From contig NZ_MWQY01000012.1 of assembly GCF_002087085.1 (NCBI RefSeq), forward strand, positions 1-64,000: a stretch of DNA of 64,000 nucleotides, in the 5' to 3' direction. Every line of letters begins with the position of its first letter. The stretch's first letter is position 1. Of the stretch, positions 40,974-50,565 are shown piece by piece. The notes under the pieces are model-generated. The model was not told where the DNA came from, made no database searches, and saw only the letters and a program-made list of their open reading frames with translations. The position numbers and the translations under genes were made by a program.

Positions 40974-41094
40974 CGACTTTGAAGGCTGAGCACTCCATTG
41001 ACGGAGACAGGATGAATTCGTATACTACGGCACCTGAATTATCATGTCATCATAATGCGCTTGAAATGCGCGAGAAGATAGAAGGAGATTCCTG

Positions 41095-41250
41095 ATGAAG
41101 AGAACGTACCAGCCGAGCAAGGTTAAGCGGAACAGAAAATTCGGTTTCCGTGCCCGCATGAAGACTGTCGGCGGCAGACTCGTCCTTGCCCGGCGCCGGC
41201 GAAAGGGACGGAAAAAACTCTCCGTCGCCGATGAGAAAAAGCCCTACTAG
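41095..41250 (+). CDS. rpmH: 50S ribosomal protein L34
   Basis: Hand translation [51 protein letters not shown]; below the ORF-track size cutoff. Confidence 0.97.
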   Translation: MKRTYQPSKVKRNRKFGFRARMKTVGGRLVLARRRRKGRKKLSVADEKKPY

Positions 41251-41584
41251 TTTATCCAGAGACGAACGCCTTCGGCGACGGGGGGATATCACATCCCTTT
41301 TCGCCGCCGGAAAATCCGTTTCCGGAGGAGCATTACGGTTGGTATACCGTTCCAATGGTTCAGATACCAGCCGTCTGCTTGTAACCCTGCGTAGAAAATT
41401 CGGAACAGCAGTAGAACGGAACAGAGCGCGGCGCCTGGTTAAAGAGGCGTACCGGATTCAGAAAAGCAATATTCGATCCGGCTACGACATCGGTTTTGTA
41501 GTGTATCAAAAGAGCATGAGTTATACCGAAACAGCGGAAGCTATGCTGAGTTTGCTTAAACGGGCAGGACTATATGAAAATTAG
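41231..41584 (+). CDS. rnpA: Ribonuclease P protein component
   Basis: [18 protein letters not shown] (RNR motif). Confidence 0.9.
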   Translation: MRKSPTSLSRDERLRRRGDITSLFAAGKSVSGGALRLVYRSNGSDTSRLLVTLRRKFGTAVERNRARRLVKEAYRIQKSNIRSGYDIGFVVYQKSMSYTETAEAMLSLLKRAGLYEN

Positions 41585-41801
41585 GGATATTTTCAGTTTT
41601 CCCCTTATCCTCCTGGTCAGGCTGTACCGTTTTGCTATATCTCCCCTCTTACCTCCATCGTGTCGCTTTTATCCAACCTGCTCCGCCTACACCCTTGAGG
41701 CACTGCAAAAACACGGCCCCGTCAAGGGTCTCGGGTTGTCGGTACGCCGTATTCTGCGGTGTCACCCCTTTAATCCCGGCGGACACGATCCTGTTCCCTA
41801 A
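41574..41801 (+). CDS. yidD: Membrane protein insertion efficiency factor
   Basis: [18 protein letters not shown]...[14 protein letters not shown]. Confidence 0.95.
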   Translation: MKIRDIFSFPLILLVRLYRFAISPLLPPSCRFYPTCSAYTLEALQKHGPVKGLGLSVRRILRCHPFNPGGHDPVP

Positions 41802-41807
41802 GGAGTA

Positions 41808-43550
41808 ATGATGGACAAAAATACCCTGCTGGCGGTGGTCCTTTCGGTAATCGTGATTACCATTGGATTTTCCGTACAGTCAACCTTTTTTCCTCCTGAG
41901 CCGCCCCGGCCTCAGCAGGATCAGACCGCCGTTGTACCCGCGGAAAGCGCTGACGAGGAGACCGCACCGGAAACTGCGGTAACCGGGGTCAGGCAGGTTG
42001 CCAATATAAAACGGGTTGATTCGGCAACAGTCAAAGAAGAAACTGTACTTATTGAAACCAACATCTTTCAGGCGACCTTCTCGAACCGTGGAGGCGTTCT
42101 CACATCCCTGAAGCTGAAGGAGCATGAAGACAACGGTAAGCCACTGGAGATGATCTACACCGGAGAGAGCAACGAAACGGCTTTCAACCTTCACTTCGGC
42201 GGACCGGACCGGGAAGCGGTGAATGATCTTTTCCGTGTAGTGCGTCTGGACGGATCCTCCGTCCGCTTCGAAGGGGATTTTACCTACCGGGACGACAATG
42301 GAAACAACGTACCCTTTACTCTGCAGAAAACCTACACCTTCAAACCTGACGACTACCTCTTTGAGCTGGATATAAGCATTATCAACAGTATCAATGATAT
42401 ACCCAGGCTGGAGAACGATGGATTCGCCTATACCCTGAGTTACGGACCCCAGATCGGTCCGGAATTCAGTTCCCTGGGAGGCCGGCAGGAGTACCGCAGG
42501 TTTTATCAGTATGACGGCAGCAAACGCCATACCGTCAAGATAGACAAGGATACCCAATACTCCACCACCAATGAACGCTACGTCTGGGCGGCGATAGCGG
42601 GTAAGTATTTTACGGTAATCGCTGTTCCCGGGGCTGCTTCCTACTCCACTACCTATTCGTCCAGACCGATTCCGGGACTCGAGGATACGGCGAAAATCCA
42701 TTTTTCCCGCCCCGTTATCAAGAGTTCCAGAAATACCGATACCTTCCGCTTCTACTTCGGGCCCAAAACCGCCAGGATCCTGGAAAAATATAACGAAGCC
42801 GAAAAGAACGGTTTCAACATGCAGGACCTCGATCTGGACGAGGTCATTGATCAGGGCCGGATCCTCGGCTGGCTGGAGAACATTCTCAAGTTTATCCTGC
42901 TTACCTTCTACAAGGTTATTCCCAACTACGGTGTGGCCATCATCCTGCTGACGATTTTCATCAAGATCGTACTCTTTCCCTTTACTCACAAGAGCTACGA
43001 GTCTACCAGCAAGATGCAGTCCATAGGGCCCAAGATCAACGAGCTCAGGGAAAAGTACAAGGACAATCCCAACAAGATGAACGCCGAAATGGCCGCCATG
43101 TACAAACGGGAAGGTATCAATCCCATGGGAGGCTGTCTGCCCATCCTGTTCCAGATGCCCATCTTCATTGCCCTGTACGGTCTTCTGAACAAGCACTTCG
43201 ATCTTCGGGGGGCGGTCTTTATTGAAGGCTGGATTACCGACCTGTCCAGTCCGGAGACGATCTTTACCCTGCCTTTTACCATCCCGATTCTGGGCTGGAG
43301 CGAGATCCACCTTCTGCCGTTCCTCTTTGTCGGGACCCAGCTCTGGTCTTCGAAGCAGATGAGCGCAGGAAGCATGGCGTCGAACAACCAGATGAAGATG
43401 ATGACCTATCTTATGCCCATCATGTTCTTCTTTATCCTGTACGATATGCCGTCGGGACTGCTGCTTTACTGGACGGTCACCAACCTCCTGACCACGGTAC
43501 AGCAGTTGTTTATTACGCGACACCAGAAAACACATCCGAAAGGGGCCTGA
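41808..43550 (+). CDS. yidC: Membrane protein insertase YidC
   Basis: NYGVAIILLT, NPMGGCLP, WITDLS, PSGLLLYW. Confidence 0.95.
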   Translation: MMDKNTLLAVVLSVIVITIGFSVQSTFFPPEPPRPQQDQTAVVPAESADEETAPETAVTGVRQVANIKRVDSATVKEETVLIETNIFQATFSNRGGVLTSLKLKEHEDNGKPLEMIYTGESNETAFNLHFGGPDREAVNDLFRVVRLDGSSVRFEGDFTYRDDNGNNVPFTLQKTYTFKPDDYLFELDISIINSINDIPRLENDGFAYTLSYGPQIGPEFSSLGGRQEYRRFYQYDGSKRHTVKIDKDTQYSTTNERYVWAAIAGKYFTVIAVPGAASYSTTYSSRPIPGLEDTAKIHFSRPVIKSSRNTDTFRFYFGPKTARILEKYNEAEKNGFNMQDLDLDEVIDQGRILGWLENILKFILLTFYKVIPNYGVAIILLTIFIKIVLFPFTHKSYESTSKMQSIGPKINELREKYKDNPNKMNAEMAAMYKREGINPMGGCLPILFQMPIFIALYGLLNKHFDLRGAVFIEGWITDLSSPETIFTLPFTIPILGWSEIHLLPFLFVGTQLWSSKQMSAGSMASNNQMKMMTYLMPIMFFFILYDMPSGLLLYWTVTNLLTTVQQLFITRHQKTHPKGA

Positions 43551-43573
43551 AAAGGGGCCAGCAGGAGATTGAT

Positions 43574-44224
43574 ATGATAAAAGAATTCGAGGGAAAAAGT
43601 GAGCAGGAGGCGATAGATAAAGCCATCGCCGATCTGAACCTCGACCGGGAGGAGTTCGATGTGGAAATCGTCGAGTCCTCCCGACGGAGCCTGTTCCGAA
43701 AAGGTCCGGTAAAAATCCGGGTCCATATTACCGAAGAAGATGAAGAGGACGACGAAACTGTCCAGCTGCCCGCGGAGGGACAGGAAGAAGAACTGATCTC
43801 GTTTCTGGAAACCCTGATGTCAAAGATGGGTTTTCCCGGGACCGTTACGGTTGCCGGACGGGAAGCCCGAAAAACAATTGTCCGCATAGATTCCGATCAT
43901 TCGGGAATCCTTATAGGACGTAAGGGAAAAAATCTTGATGCACTGCAGGTCCTGGTGAATGTTTTTGCCGGGAAGCTGGGGTTTCCCAACCGGGTTGTGG
44001 TGGATACCGAAAACTACCGCAGCCGCAGGGAGGAGAACCTGGTGCGTATGGCCAGAAAAACCGCTGATCAGGTCCGGCGCAGCAGGGACAGCCGCCTGCT
44101 GGAACCCATGAATCCCTTTGAACGGAGGATTATCCATACCACGCTGAATGGTCTGGAGGATATCGAAACAAAAAGCGAGGGAGAGGGGCTCTTCAAGCAG
44201 GTGCGTATTATCTACCGTGGATAA
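43574..44224 (+). CDS. jag: RNA-binding protein Jag/EloR/KhpB
   Basis: KH LIGRKGKNLDALQ, R3H ERRIIH. Confidence 0.92.
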   Translation: MIKEFEGKSEQEAIDKAIADLNLDREEFDVEIVESSRRSLFRKGPVKIRVHITEEDEEDDETVQLPAEGQEEELISFLETLMSKMGFPGTVTVAGREARKTIVRIDSDHSGILIGRKGKNLDALQVLVNVFAGKLGFPNRVVVDTENYRSRREENLVRMARKTADQVRRSRDSRLLEPMNPFERRIIHTTLNGLEDIETKSEGEGLFKQVRIIYRG

Positions 44225-44401
44225 TGGAAAACTGTTAACAAGTTGTGGATAAATTTTTTTCCGAGAATTGGATACCGGAATAAAGTCATAGCAGAAAGCG
44301 GATTACCGGAAAAAACTCCGGAAATCCGCTTTTTTTCTTACCGGATTTATAGTAAATAATAGAAGCACCTTCTGCTTTCGTTTTTAACTTCCTGTGGATA
44401 A
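44216..44401. promoter_or_regulatory. DnaA-box cluster downstream of jag
   Basis: CGTGGATAA 44216-44224, TGTTAACAAGTTGTGGATAA 44233-44252, TGTGGATAA 44393-44401. Confidence 0.65.
44295..44337 (+). terminator. Intrinsic terminator after jag
   Basis: AAAGCGGATT.CCGG...CCGG.AATCCGCTTTTTTT. Confidence 0.7.
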
Positions 44402-44466
44402 GGTGTTAGCAAAAACCGAAAAAAGAGTAGTCAATAACGTGTGCCCCTGGGTACATTGGAGGAAAC

Positions 44467-45903
44467 ATGGAATACATGATCAAGGATATAGGCCTTGCTG
44501 AATGGGGCCGAAAAGAGATCGAGATAGCAGAAAAAGAGATGCCCGGCCTGATGGCCATACGTCAGAAATATTCATCGTCAAAGCCCCTGAAAGGGGTAAA
44601 GATTACCGGGTCGCTGCACATGACCGTCCAGACCGCGGTGCTGATCGAGACCCTGGTCAGCCTGGGGGCCCGGGTCCGCTGGGCAAGCTGCAATATCTTT
44701 TCCACCCAGGACCATGCCGCAGCAGCGGTGGTTGTCGGGCGCCCCGAGGCCGGTGGAAGCGCTAAAAAACCGGCGGGAGTTCCGGTTTTCGCCTGGAAGG
44801 GGGAAACCCTGGAGGAGTACTGGGACTGCACCTACAGGGCCTTGAGTTTCGGGGACGGTTCGGGTCCCAATCTTATTGTAGATGACGGCGGGGATGCGAC
44901 CCTGCTGGTCCATAAGGGATTTGAACTGGAAGAAAGCAGCTCCTGGACAGAGGAACCTGCGGCAAGCCGCGAAGAGGGGGTTGTAAAGAAGCTCCTGAAG
45001 CGAATCGAGGCCGAACGGCCGGGATGGTGGAAGACCGTCGTGCCGGAGTTGAAGGGAGTGTCTGAAGAGACCACCACCGGGGTTCATCGGCTCTATCAGC
45101 GAAAAGAGGAAGGTACCCTGCTTTTCCCGGCCATCAATGTCAACGATTCGGTTACCAAGAGCAAGTTCGACAACCTCTATGGCTGCCGGGAGTCCCTGGC
45201 GGACGGCATCAAGCGGGCCACCGATGTTATGGTGGCGGGCAAGGTTGTGGTTGTCTGCGGATACGGCGATGTCGGCAAGGGCTGCGCCCAGTCCATGCGG
45301 GGCTTCGGCGCCCGGGTCATCGTCACCGAGGTTGATCCCATCTGCGCCCTGCAGGCTGCCATGGAGGGATTTCAGGTAACTACCGTGGAGGAGACCCTCG
45401 GCGAGGCGGACATCTACGTTACCGCCACGGGGAACCGGGACATCATTACCACCGAGCACATGGCTCGTATGAAGGACCAGGCGATTATCTGCAACATCGG
45501 CCACTTTGACAACGAGATCCAGGTGGACAAGCTGAACAGCCTGCCGGGGGTCGAGAAGATTACCATCAAACCCCAGGTAGACAAGTACCTGTACCCCGAC
45601 GGGCACGCCATCTTTCTGCTCGCCGAAGGACGCCTGGTGAACCTGGGCTGTGCCACCGGACATCCGAGTTTCGTCATGTCCAACTCCTTCTCCAATCAGA
45701 CCCTGGCACAGCTGGACCTCTGGGAGCATCGGAACGAGTATGACAAGGATGTGTACCGGCTGCCCAAGCGCCTGGACGAGGAGGTCGCCCGGCTTCATCT
45801 TGATAAAATCGGCGTAAAGCTCACGAAGATGAGCCCGGAACAGGCTGAGTATATCGGGGTAAAACCGGAAGGGCCCTTTAAACCGGAGCACTACCGCTAT
45901 TAG
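44467..45903 (+). CDS. ahcY: Adenosylhomocysteinase
   Basis: [42 protein letters not shown]. Confidence 0.97.
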   Translation: MEYMIKDIGLAEWGRKEIEIAEKEMPGLMAIRQKYSSSKPLKGVKITGSLHMTVQTAVLIETLVSLGARVRWASCNIFSTQDHAAAAVVVGRPEAGGSAKKPAGVPVFAWKGETLEEYWDCTYRALSFGDGSGPNLIVDDGGDATLLVHKGFELEESSSWTEEPAASREEGVVKKLLKRIEAERPGWWKTVVPELKGVSEETTTGVHRLYQRKEEGTLLFPAINVNDSVTKSKFDNLYGCRESLADGIKRATDVMVAGKVVVVCGYGDVGKGCAQSMRGFGARVIVTEVDPICALQAAMEGFQVTTVEETLGEADIYVTATGNRDIITTEHMARMKDQAIICNIGHFDNEIQVDKLNSLPGVEKITIKPQVDKYLYPDGHAIFLLAEGRLVNLGCATGHPSFVMSNSFSNQTLAQLDLWEHRNEYDKDVYRLPKRLDEEVARLHLDKIGVKLTKMSPEQAEYIGVKPEGPFKPEHYRY

Positions 45904-46019
45904 TATGTACGGCGGTTGCTGATATTGTAAGTTCGCTGCCCCCTTACCGGAGTTTCCTTTGCTTGCTTGATTTCTCCGGAAGGGGCGTATTGCCTGCTTA
46001 AAAAATCTAAGGAGTTTCT

Positions 46020-47192
46020 ATGAAGCAACGAAACTATCTGTTCACCTCTGAAAGCGTATCGGAAGGTCACCCGGACAAGCTGGCTGACCAGGTCTCCGAT
46101 GCTGTCCTCGACGCCTGTCTGGCGGGAGACCCGGAATCCCGGGTGGCCTGCGAAACCTTTACCACCACCGGTATGGTACTCGTCGGCGGGGAGATCACAA
46201 CCAACACTTACGTGGATATCCAGGAGATCGCCCGGGGGGTCGCCAAATCCATCGGCTATGACAAGCCGGAGTACGGCCTTGATTTCGAGTCCATGGCGGT
46301 TATGAGCACCATTCACAGCCAGAGTCCCGATATAAGCCAGGGAGTATCCGGGCACGGCCTCAAGGAGTATGAAGGCAAGCAGGGCGCCGGCGACCAGGGC
46401 ATGATGTTCGGTTTTGCCTGCAGGGAGAACGACGAACTCATGCCCGCTCCCATTACCCTGGCCCACAAGCTGCTGATGCATGCGGCCAAAGTGCGGAAAA
46501 CCGGCAAAATCACCTGGCTGCGGCCGGACTCCAAGAGCCAGGTTACCGTGGAATACGAAGGACATACCCCCAAACGGATCGACACCGTCGTTGTGAGTCA
46601 TCAGCATGACGAAGGCATCGGTTACGAGGAGCTGAAGGCCGAGATTATCGCCAAGATCATCAAACCGGTGCTTGAGCCCACGGGACTCCTTGCGGAAAAT
46701 ACCCGCTATTTTATCAATCCCACCGGCCGCTTTGTTATCGGCGGACCTCACGGGGATTCTGGGCTCACCGGACGCAAGATAATCGTCGACACCTACGGCG
46801 GCATGGGTCGTCACGGTGGCGGTGCCTTCTCGGGCAAGGATCCGAGCAAGGTGGACCGCTCGGCAGCTTATATGGCCCGCTACGCGGCCAAGAACATTGT
46901 CGCCGCCGGGCTCTGCGAGCGCTGCGAACTGCAGCTCTCCTACGCCATCGGGGTGCCCGAGCCGGTGAGCATAATGGTGGAGGCTTTCGGTACTGAGAAT
47001 GTGGCCATCGAAAGGATAGAGAAGGCGGCACGGGAGGTGTTCGATTTCAGTCCCTCGGGGATTATCCGGACCCTGGACCTGATGCGGCCCATTTACCAGG
47101 AGACCGCAGCCTACGGCCACTTCGGCCGGGACAGCTTTTCCTGGGAAAAGACCGACAGGGTGGATGACCTGAAAACAGCCTGCGGCGTTTAG
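46020..47192 (+). CDS. metK: S-adenosylmethionine synthetase
   Basis: [28 protein letters not shown]. Confidence 0.97.
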   Translation: MKQRNYLFTSESVSEGHPDKLADQVSDAVLDACLAGDPESRVACETFTTTGMVLVGGEITTNTYVDIQEIARGVAKSIGYDKPEYGLDFESMAVMSTIHSQSPDISQGVSGHGLKEYEGKQGAGDQGMMFGFACRENDELMPAPITLAHKLLMHAAKVRKTGKITWLRPDSKSQVTVEYEGHTPKRIDTVVVSHQHDEGIGYEELKAEIIAKIIKPVLEPTGLLAENTRYFINPTGRFVIGGPHGDSGLTGRKIIVDTYGGMGRHGGGAFSGKDPSKVDRSAAYMARYAAKNIVAAGLCERCELQLSYAIGVPEPVSIMVEAFGTENVAIERIEKAAREVFDFSPSGIIRTLDLMRPIYQETAAYGHFGRDSFSWEKTDRVDDLKTACGV

Positions 47193-47216
47193 ATCAGTTA
47201 CTCAGTAATAAATTCG

Positions 47217-47246
47217 ACCCCGTCCGGGAATGGGCGGGGTTTTTTT
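47217..47246 (+). terminator. Intrinsic terminator after metK
   Basis: ACCCCGTCC-GGGAAT-GGGCGGGGTTTTTTT. Confidence 0.75.
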
Positions 47247-47248
47247 AT

Positions 47249-48244
47249 TCAGCCGGAGACTTTCCACTCCCCGGCCTCGAGCCCCTGCCTGACGGCTTCA
47301 AACTCCCGGGGACTGAACTGGGCTCCTTTTATCTGGACGATTTTTCCGGCGAGCCATGAAGCGCAGAGACCTGCTTCCCTCGGCCCCAGTCCCTGAATAA
47401 GACCGTAGAGAAATCCCGCGGCATACATATCCCCGGCGCCGGTGGAGTCGAGCGCGGTGGCGGGAAAAATGGGAATACTGTATTCAGCGCCGTTTGAATA
47501 CACAACGGAGCCGTGGCGTCCGTTTTTAATAACCCCGGTATCGCAGCGTTTTTTCAGCGCCGCCAGGCAGCCCTCCATGGAGTCGGATCCGAAAAGGATT
47601 CCCGCCTCCTCGCGGTTTGCGAAAAGGATATCCACATGGGAGTCCAGGAGCTGCAGAAACTCGAGCCTGTTGCGGTTTACCGCAAAGGGGTCCGCCGCGT
47701 CAAAGACGATTTTTGTGCCTGCGTTACGACAGGCCCCCAGGGCCGCCAGGATGGCCGCTTTCTGGGCGTCCGTATCCCACATGTAGCCGGTAAAGTAGAA
47801 GTAGTCGGCGTTTCGAACCAGGTCCAGGTCAAGATCGTCCAGACTGAACTCCCGGTTCGCTCCCAGAAAGGTGTTCATGGTACGTTCCGTATCCGGGGTT
47901 ATCAGGATTATACTGGAACCGGTGGCCTCCTGACCCCGGGCCAGGGTGGAAGCGGAAGAGAAACTGGCAAGCTGCCGGATATATTCATCCCCTTCCTTGT
48001 CGGGGCCCACCTTTCCGCCGAGGACAGCGTCGATCCCCAGGGATGCCAGGGCTATTATGGTGTTGGGGCAGGAACCGCCGCAGCGGTATTCCACCGGTAG
48101 TCCTGCGCAGTGAGTGAGGATCCGTGACCGTTCGCTGCTGTCCACAAGGTGCATGGTCCCCTTGGAAAGCCCCAGGGCACTGATGTCTTCTTCGCTGACC
48201 TGGATCAGAATGTCTATCAGGGGATTGCCAATTCCGTATACCAT
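47249..48244 (-). CDS. PfkB-family kinase, adenosine kinase-like
   Basis: GIGNPLID, GGSCPNT, ERTMNTFLGA, DSTGAGD. Confidence 0.85.
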   Translation of the reverse strand: MVYGIGNPLIDILIQVSEEDISALGLSKGTMHLVDSSERSRILTHCAGLPVEYRCGGSCPNTIIALASLGIDAVLGGKVGPDKEGDEYIRQLASFSSASTLARGQEATGSSIILITPDTERTMNTFLGANREFSLDDLDLDLVRNADYFYFTGYMWDTDAQKAAILAALGACRNAGTKIVFDAADPFAVNRNRLEFLQLLDSHVDILFANREEAGILFGSDSMEGCLAALKKRCDTGVIKNGRHGSVVYSNGAEYSIPIFPATALDSTGAGDMYAAGFLYGLIQGLGPREAGLCASWLAGKIVQIKGAQFSPREFEAVRQGLEAGEWKVSG

Positions 48245-48433
48245 CCGGCTGCTCCATTGAATATTATTCAGACTGATTCACAGTATACGGATTCCCGGGA
48301 TTTCTGAGAAGCCAAAGAGGTCTGATATCTCCTCATAGCCCATTAATAATCCTGTGGAAGCGGCTGAAAATAATCGGAGGATTCCGGGTGATTGATCAGC
48401 ATAGATCTTGAATAATCAGGCCAGTGTGATATT

Positions 48434-48454
48434 ATTGTTCGTAGTTTGAACAAT
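48434..48454. promoter_or_regulatory. Palindromic candidate operator
   Basis: ATTGTTC-N7-GAACAAT next to a -10-like TGATAT, upstream of a wHTH regulator. Confidence 0.4.
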
Positions 48455-48625
48455 CCCTGAATTGTTTGCCAACAATATACTCACCGAATTATATCGGCAG
48501 TCTGTTTCGGCGGCGTCGACGGTATCGGCGGGGCGCAGCTACTCGGTTTACATGGGGGCACGACATTTTTCGTCCGGTGCCATCAGGTGAACTGTGTGCC
48601 CGGTGCGGCAAGTTTGAAAATAACA

Positions 48626-49144
48626 GTGAACCACGAAGACAAAGAACTGGAAATCCTGGAAAACATCTATCACTCCTCCTCATCCGTACGCCAGCGGGAC
48701 CTGGCGGAGATTGTCGGGCTCTCCCTGGGCATGACCAACGCGATTCTCAAGCGGCTTGTCAAGAAAGGCCTGCTGACGGTCAGAAAGGTCAATAACAGGA
48801 ATATCCGCTATGCTGTTTCCCCCGCCGGTGTGGAGGCCATTACCCGCAAAAGCTATCGCTACTTCAAGCGGACCATAAAAAACGTGGTCTTTTACAAGGA
48901 GTCCATCGAACGGCTTGTACAGGAAGGGAAAGAGAGCGGTTACGACGGCATCTTCCTCAAAGGCAGGAGTGATCTGGACTTCATTGTCGAGCACAGCTGT
49001 ATCTCCAACGGTCTCGACTACGTGCGGGACCCTGACAGCTACGTCGGCAGACTCTTCACCATCTACGCAGAAAGCTACATCCCGGACTCCGAAACCCGGG
49101 AACAGGGAGCCTCCTTCCTGCAGGAGCTGTTTGTAACACCCTAG
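48626..49144 (+). CDS. MarR-like winged-HTH regulator (EPS-associated type)
   Basis: QRDLAEIVGLSLGMTNAILKRLVKKG...YAVSPAG. Confidence 0.8.
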   Translation: MNHEDKELEILENIYHSSSSVRQRDLAEIVGLSLGMTNAILKRLVKKGLLTVRKVNNRNIRYAVSPAGVEAITRKSYRYFKRTIKNVVFYKESIERLVQEGKESGYDGIFLKGRSDLDFIVEHSCISNGLDYVRDPDSYVGRLFTIYAESYIPDSETREQGASFLQELFVTP

Positions 49145-49150
49145 GGTTTT

Positions 49151-49624
49151 GGAACAAGGATGTACAGGATAAGAAGGATATGAAGAAAAACACTCGTGAA
49201 AAAGTCTATGGAAACAGATCAGATTACAGAACTAATTATTGGTGCATCCTTTGAGGTAATGAACGAGCTTGGCGCCGGTTTTCTTGAGAAAGTATATGAA
49301 AATGCGCTGCTGGCTGAATTAAAAGAACACAGTATTTTCGCTGAACAGCAGAAAGAAATCTGTGTCTGGTACAAGAATAATAGAGTTGGTACATATCTTG
49401 CCGATCTTGTGGTTGAAAACTCTGTTATTGTTGAGTTAAAGGCTGTTAACAAGCTTGATGCAGTTCACTCTGCACAGCTTATCAACTACCTGCGGGCGTC
49501 TGATTTTGAAACAGGATTGCTGATTAATTTTGGAAATCCAAGGGTTGAAATTAAACGTCTGTTTAACAAGATTTCTTCGAGAGAATAAAGGATTTTATCT
49601 TGTTATCCTCCCCATCTTTGTTTC
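49151..49624. repeat. Imperfect inverted repeats flanking the second GxxExxY gene
   Basis: Left GGAACAAGGATGTACAGGATAAGAAGGAT (49151-49179); right ATCTTGTTATCCTCCCCATCTTTGTTTC (49597-49624). Confidence 0.65.
49208..49588 (+). CDS. GxxExxY protein (PD-(D/E)XK-like nuclease)
   Basis: GAGFLEKVY, YLADLVVENSVIVELKA, QLINYL, GLLINFG; AT-richer than its neighbours. Confidence 0.9.
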   Translation: METDQITELIIGASFEVMNELGAGFLEKVYENALLAELKEHSIFAEQQKEICVWYKNNRVGTYLADLVVENSVIVELKAVNKLDAVHSAQLINYLRASDFETGLLINFGNPRVEIKRLFNKISSRE

Positions 49625-49651
49625 AATATTTCTCGATTTCAAGGAGTTCCC

Positions 49652-50530
49652 GTGTCGCTTCCAGGTAATCAGCGTGTTAATCATCCGAGCATCAGCTTCG
49701 AGTTTTTCCCCCCAAAGACGGAGAAGGGTTTCGCTGCCTTAAAAAGGCGCATCGTCGATGATTTTGTTCCCTTGAAGCCCTCCTACGTTTCCATTACCTA
49801 CGGGGCCGGCGGCTCCACCCGGGAGCTTACCCGGGAGACAACCCTTGCAATTAACACAGAAACCCGGCTCCCGGTGGTATCCCACCTTACCTGCGTGGGG
49901 TCCTCTCGGAACGATATCGCCCAGGTTCTGGATGAGTACCAGGAGGCGGGTATCAGCAATATCCTGGCCCTGCGGGGGGATCCACCAAAGGGAAGCGATG
50001 AAAAGACCGGGGACTTTGCCTGGGCCGCGGAACTGGTGGCCTTCGTAAAGAAGGGCTGGCCCGGAATGAACATCGGGGTGGCGGGATTCCCCGAAGGTCA
50101 TCCGGCTACACCCAATCGCCTTGTGGAAATGGATCACCTGAAAGCCAAGGTCGATGCCGGAGCGGATTATATCTGTACCCAGCTCTTCTTTGATAACCGG
50201 GATTTTTTCGATTTTACCGAACGCTGCCGCATTGCGGGCATCAATGTGCCGGTTATCGCGGGAATCATGCCTGTGGTAAGCCGGGCAAACCTGCAGCGAA
50301 TGGCGGAACTCTCCCCGGGCACCCGCTTTCCCGCAGGCCTTTTAAAGAGCATTGCCAGGACCCGCAGCGACGAACAGGTGGAACGGGTGGGCATACACTG
50401 GGCCACCCAGCAGGTCATGGAGCTTCTGGCTGCGGATGTTGCTGGAATTCACCTCTACACCCTGAACCAGTCCCGGGCGGTCCTTGATATCTATCGTGCC
50501 CTGGGAATCGAAGATTCACGGCAGCTGTAA
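49652..50530 (+). CDS. metF: 5,10-methylenetetrahydrofolate reductase
   Basis: SFEFFPPK, TYGAGG, HLTC, LALRGDPP, TQLFFD. Confidence 0.93.
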   Translation: MSLPGNQRVNHPSISFEFFPPKTEKGFAALKRRIVDDFVPLKPSYVSITYGAGGSTRELTRETTLAINTETRLPVVSHLTCVGSSRNDIAQVLDEYQEAGISNILALRGDPPKGSDEKTGDFAWAAELVAFVKKGWPGMNIGVAGFPEGHPATPNRLVEMDHLKAKVDAGADYICTQLFFDNRDFFDFTERCRIAGINVPVIAGIMPVVSRANLQRMAELSPGTRFPAGLLKSIARTRSDEQVERVGIHWATQQVMELLAADVAGIHLYTLNQSRAVLDIYRALGIEDSRQL

Positions 50531-50565
50531 AAGCAGAAAGCAAACGCAAATAAGGAATATAGTCT

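Noticed and set aside
45904..46019. SAM or SAH riboswitch before metK
   Set aside because: Only a simple hairpin (GCCCCTT.CCGGAG...CTCCGG.AAGGGGC) is present; no SAM-I or SAH consensus is recognisable.
41880..47120. Long antisense ORFs opposite yidC, ahcY and metK
   Set aside because: Shadow ORFs of conserved genes with no recognisable motifs.
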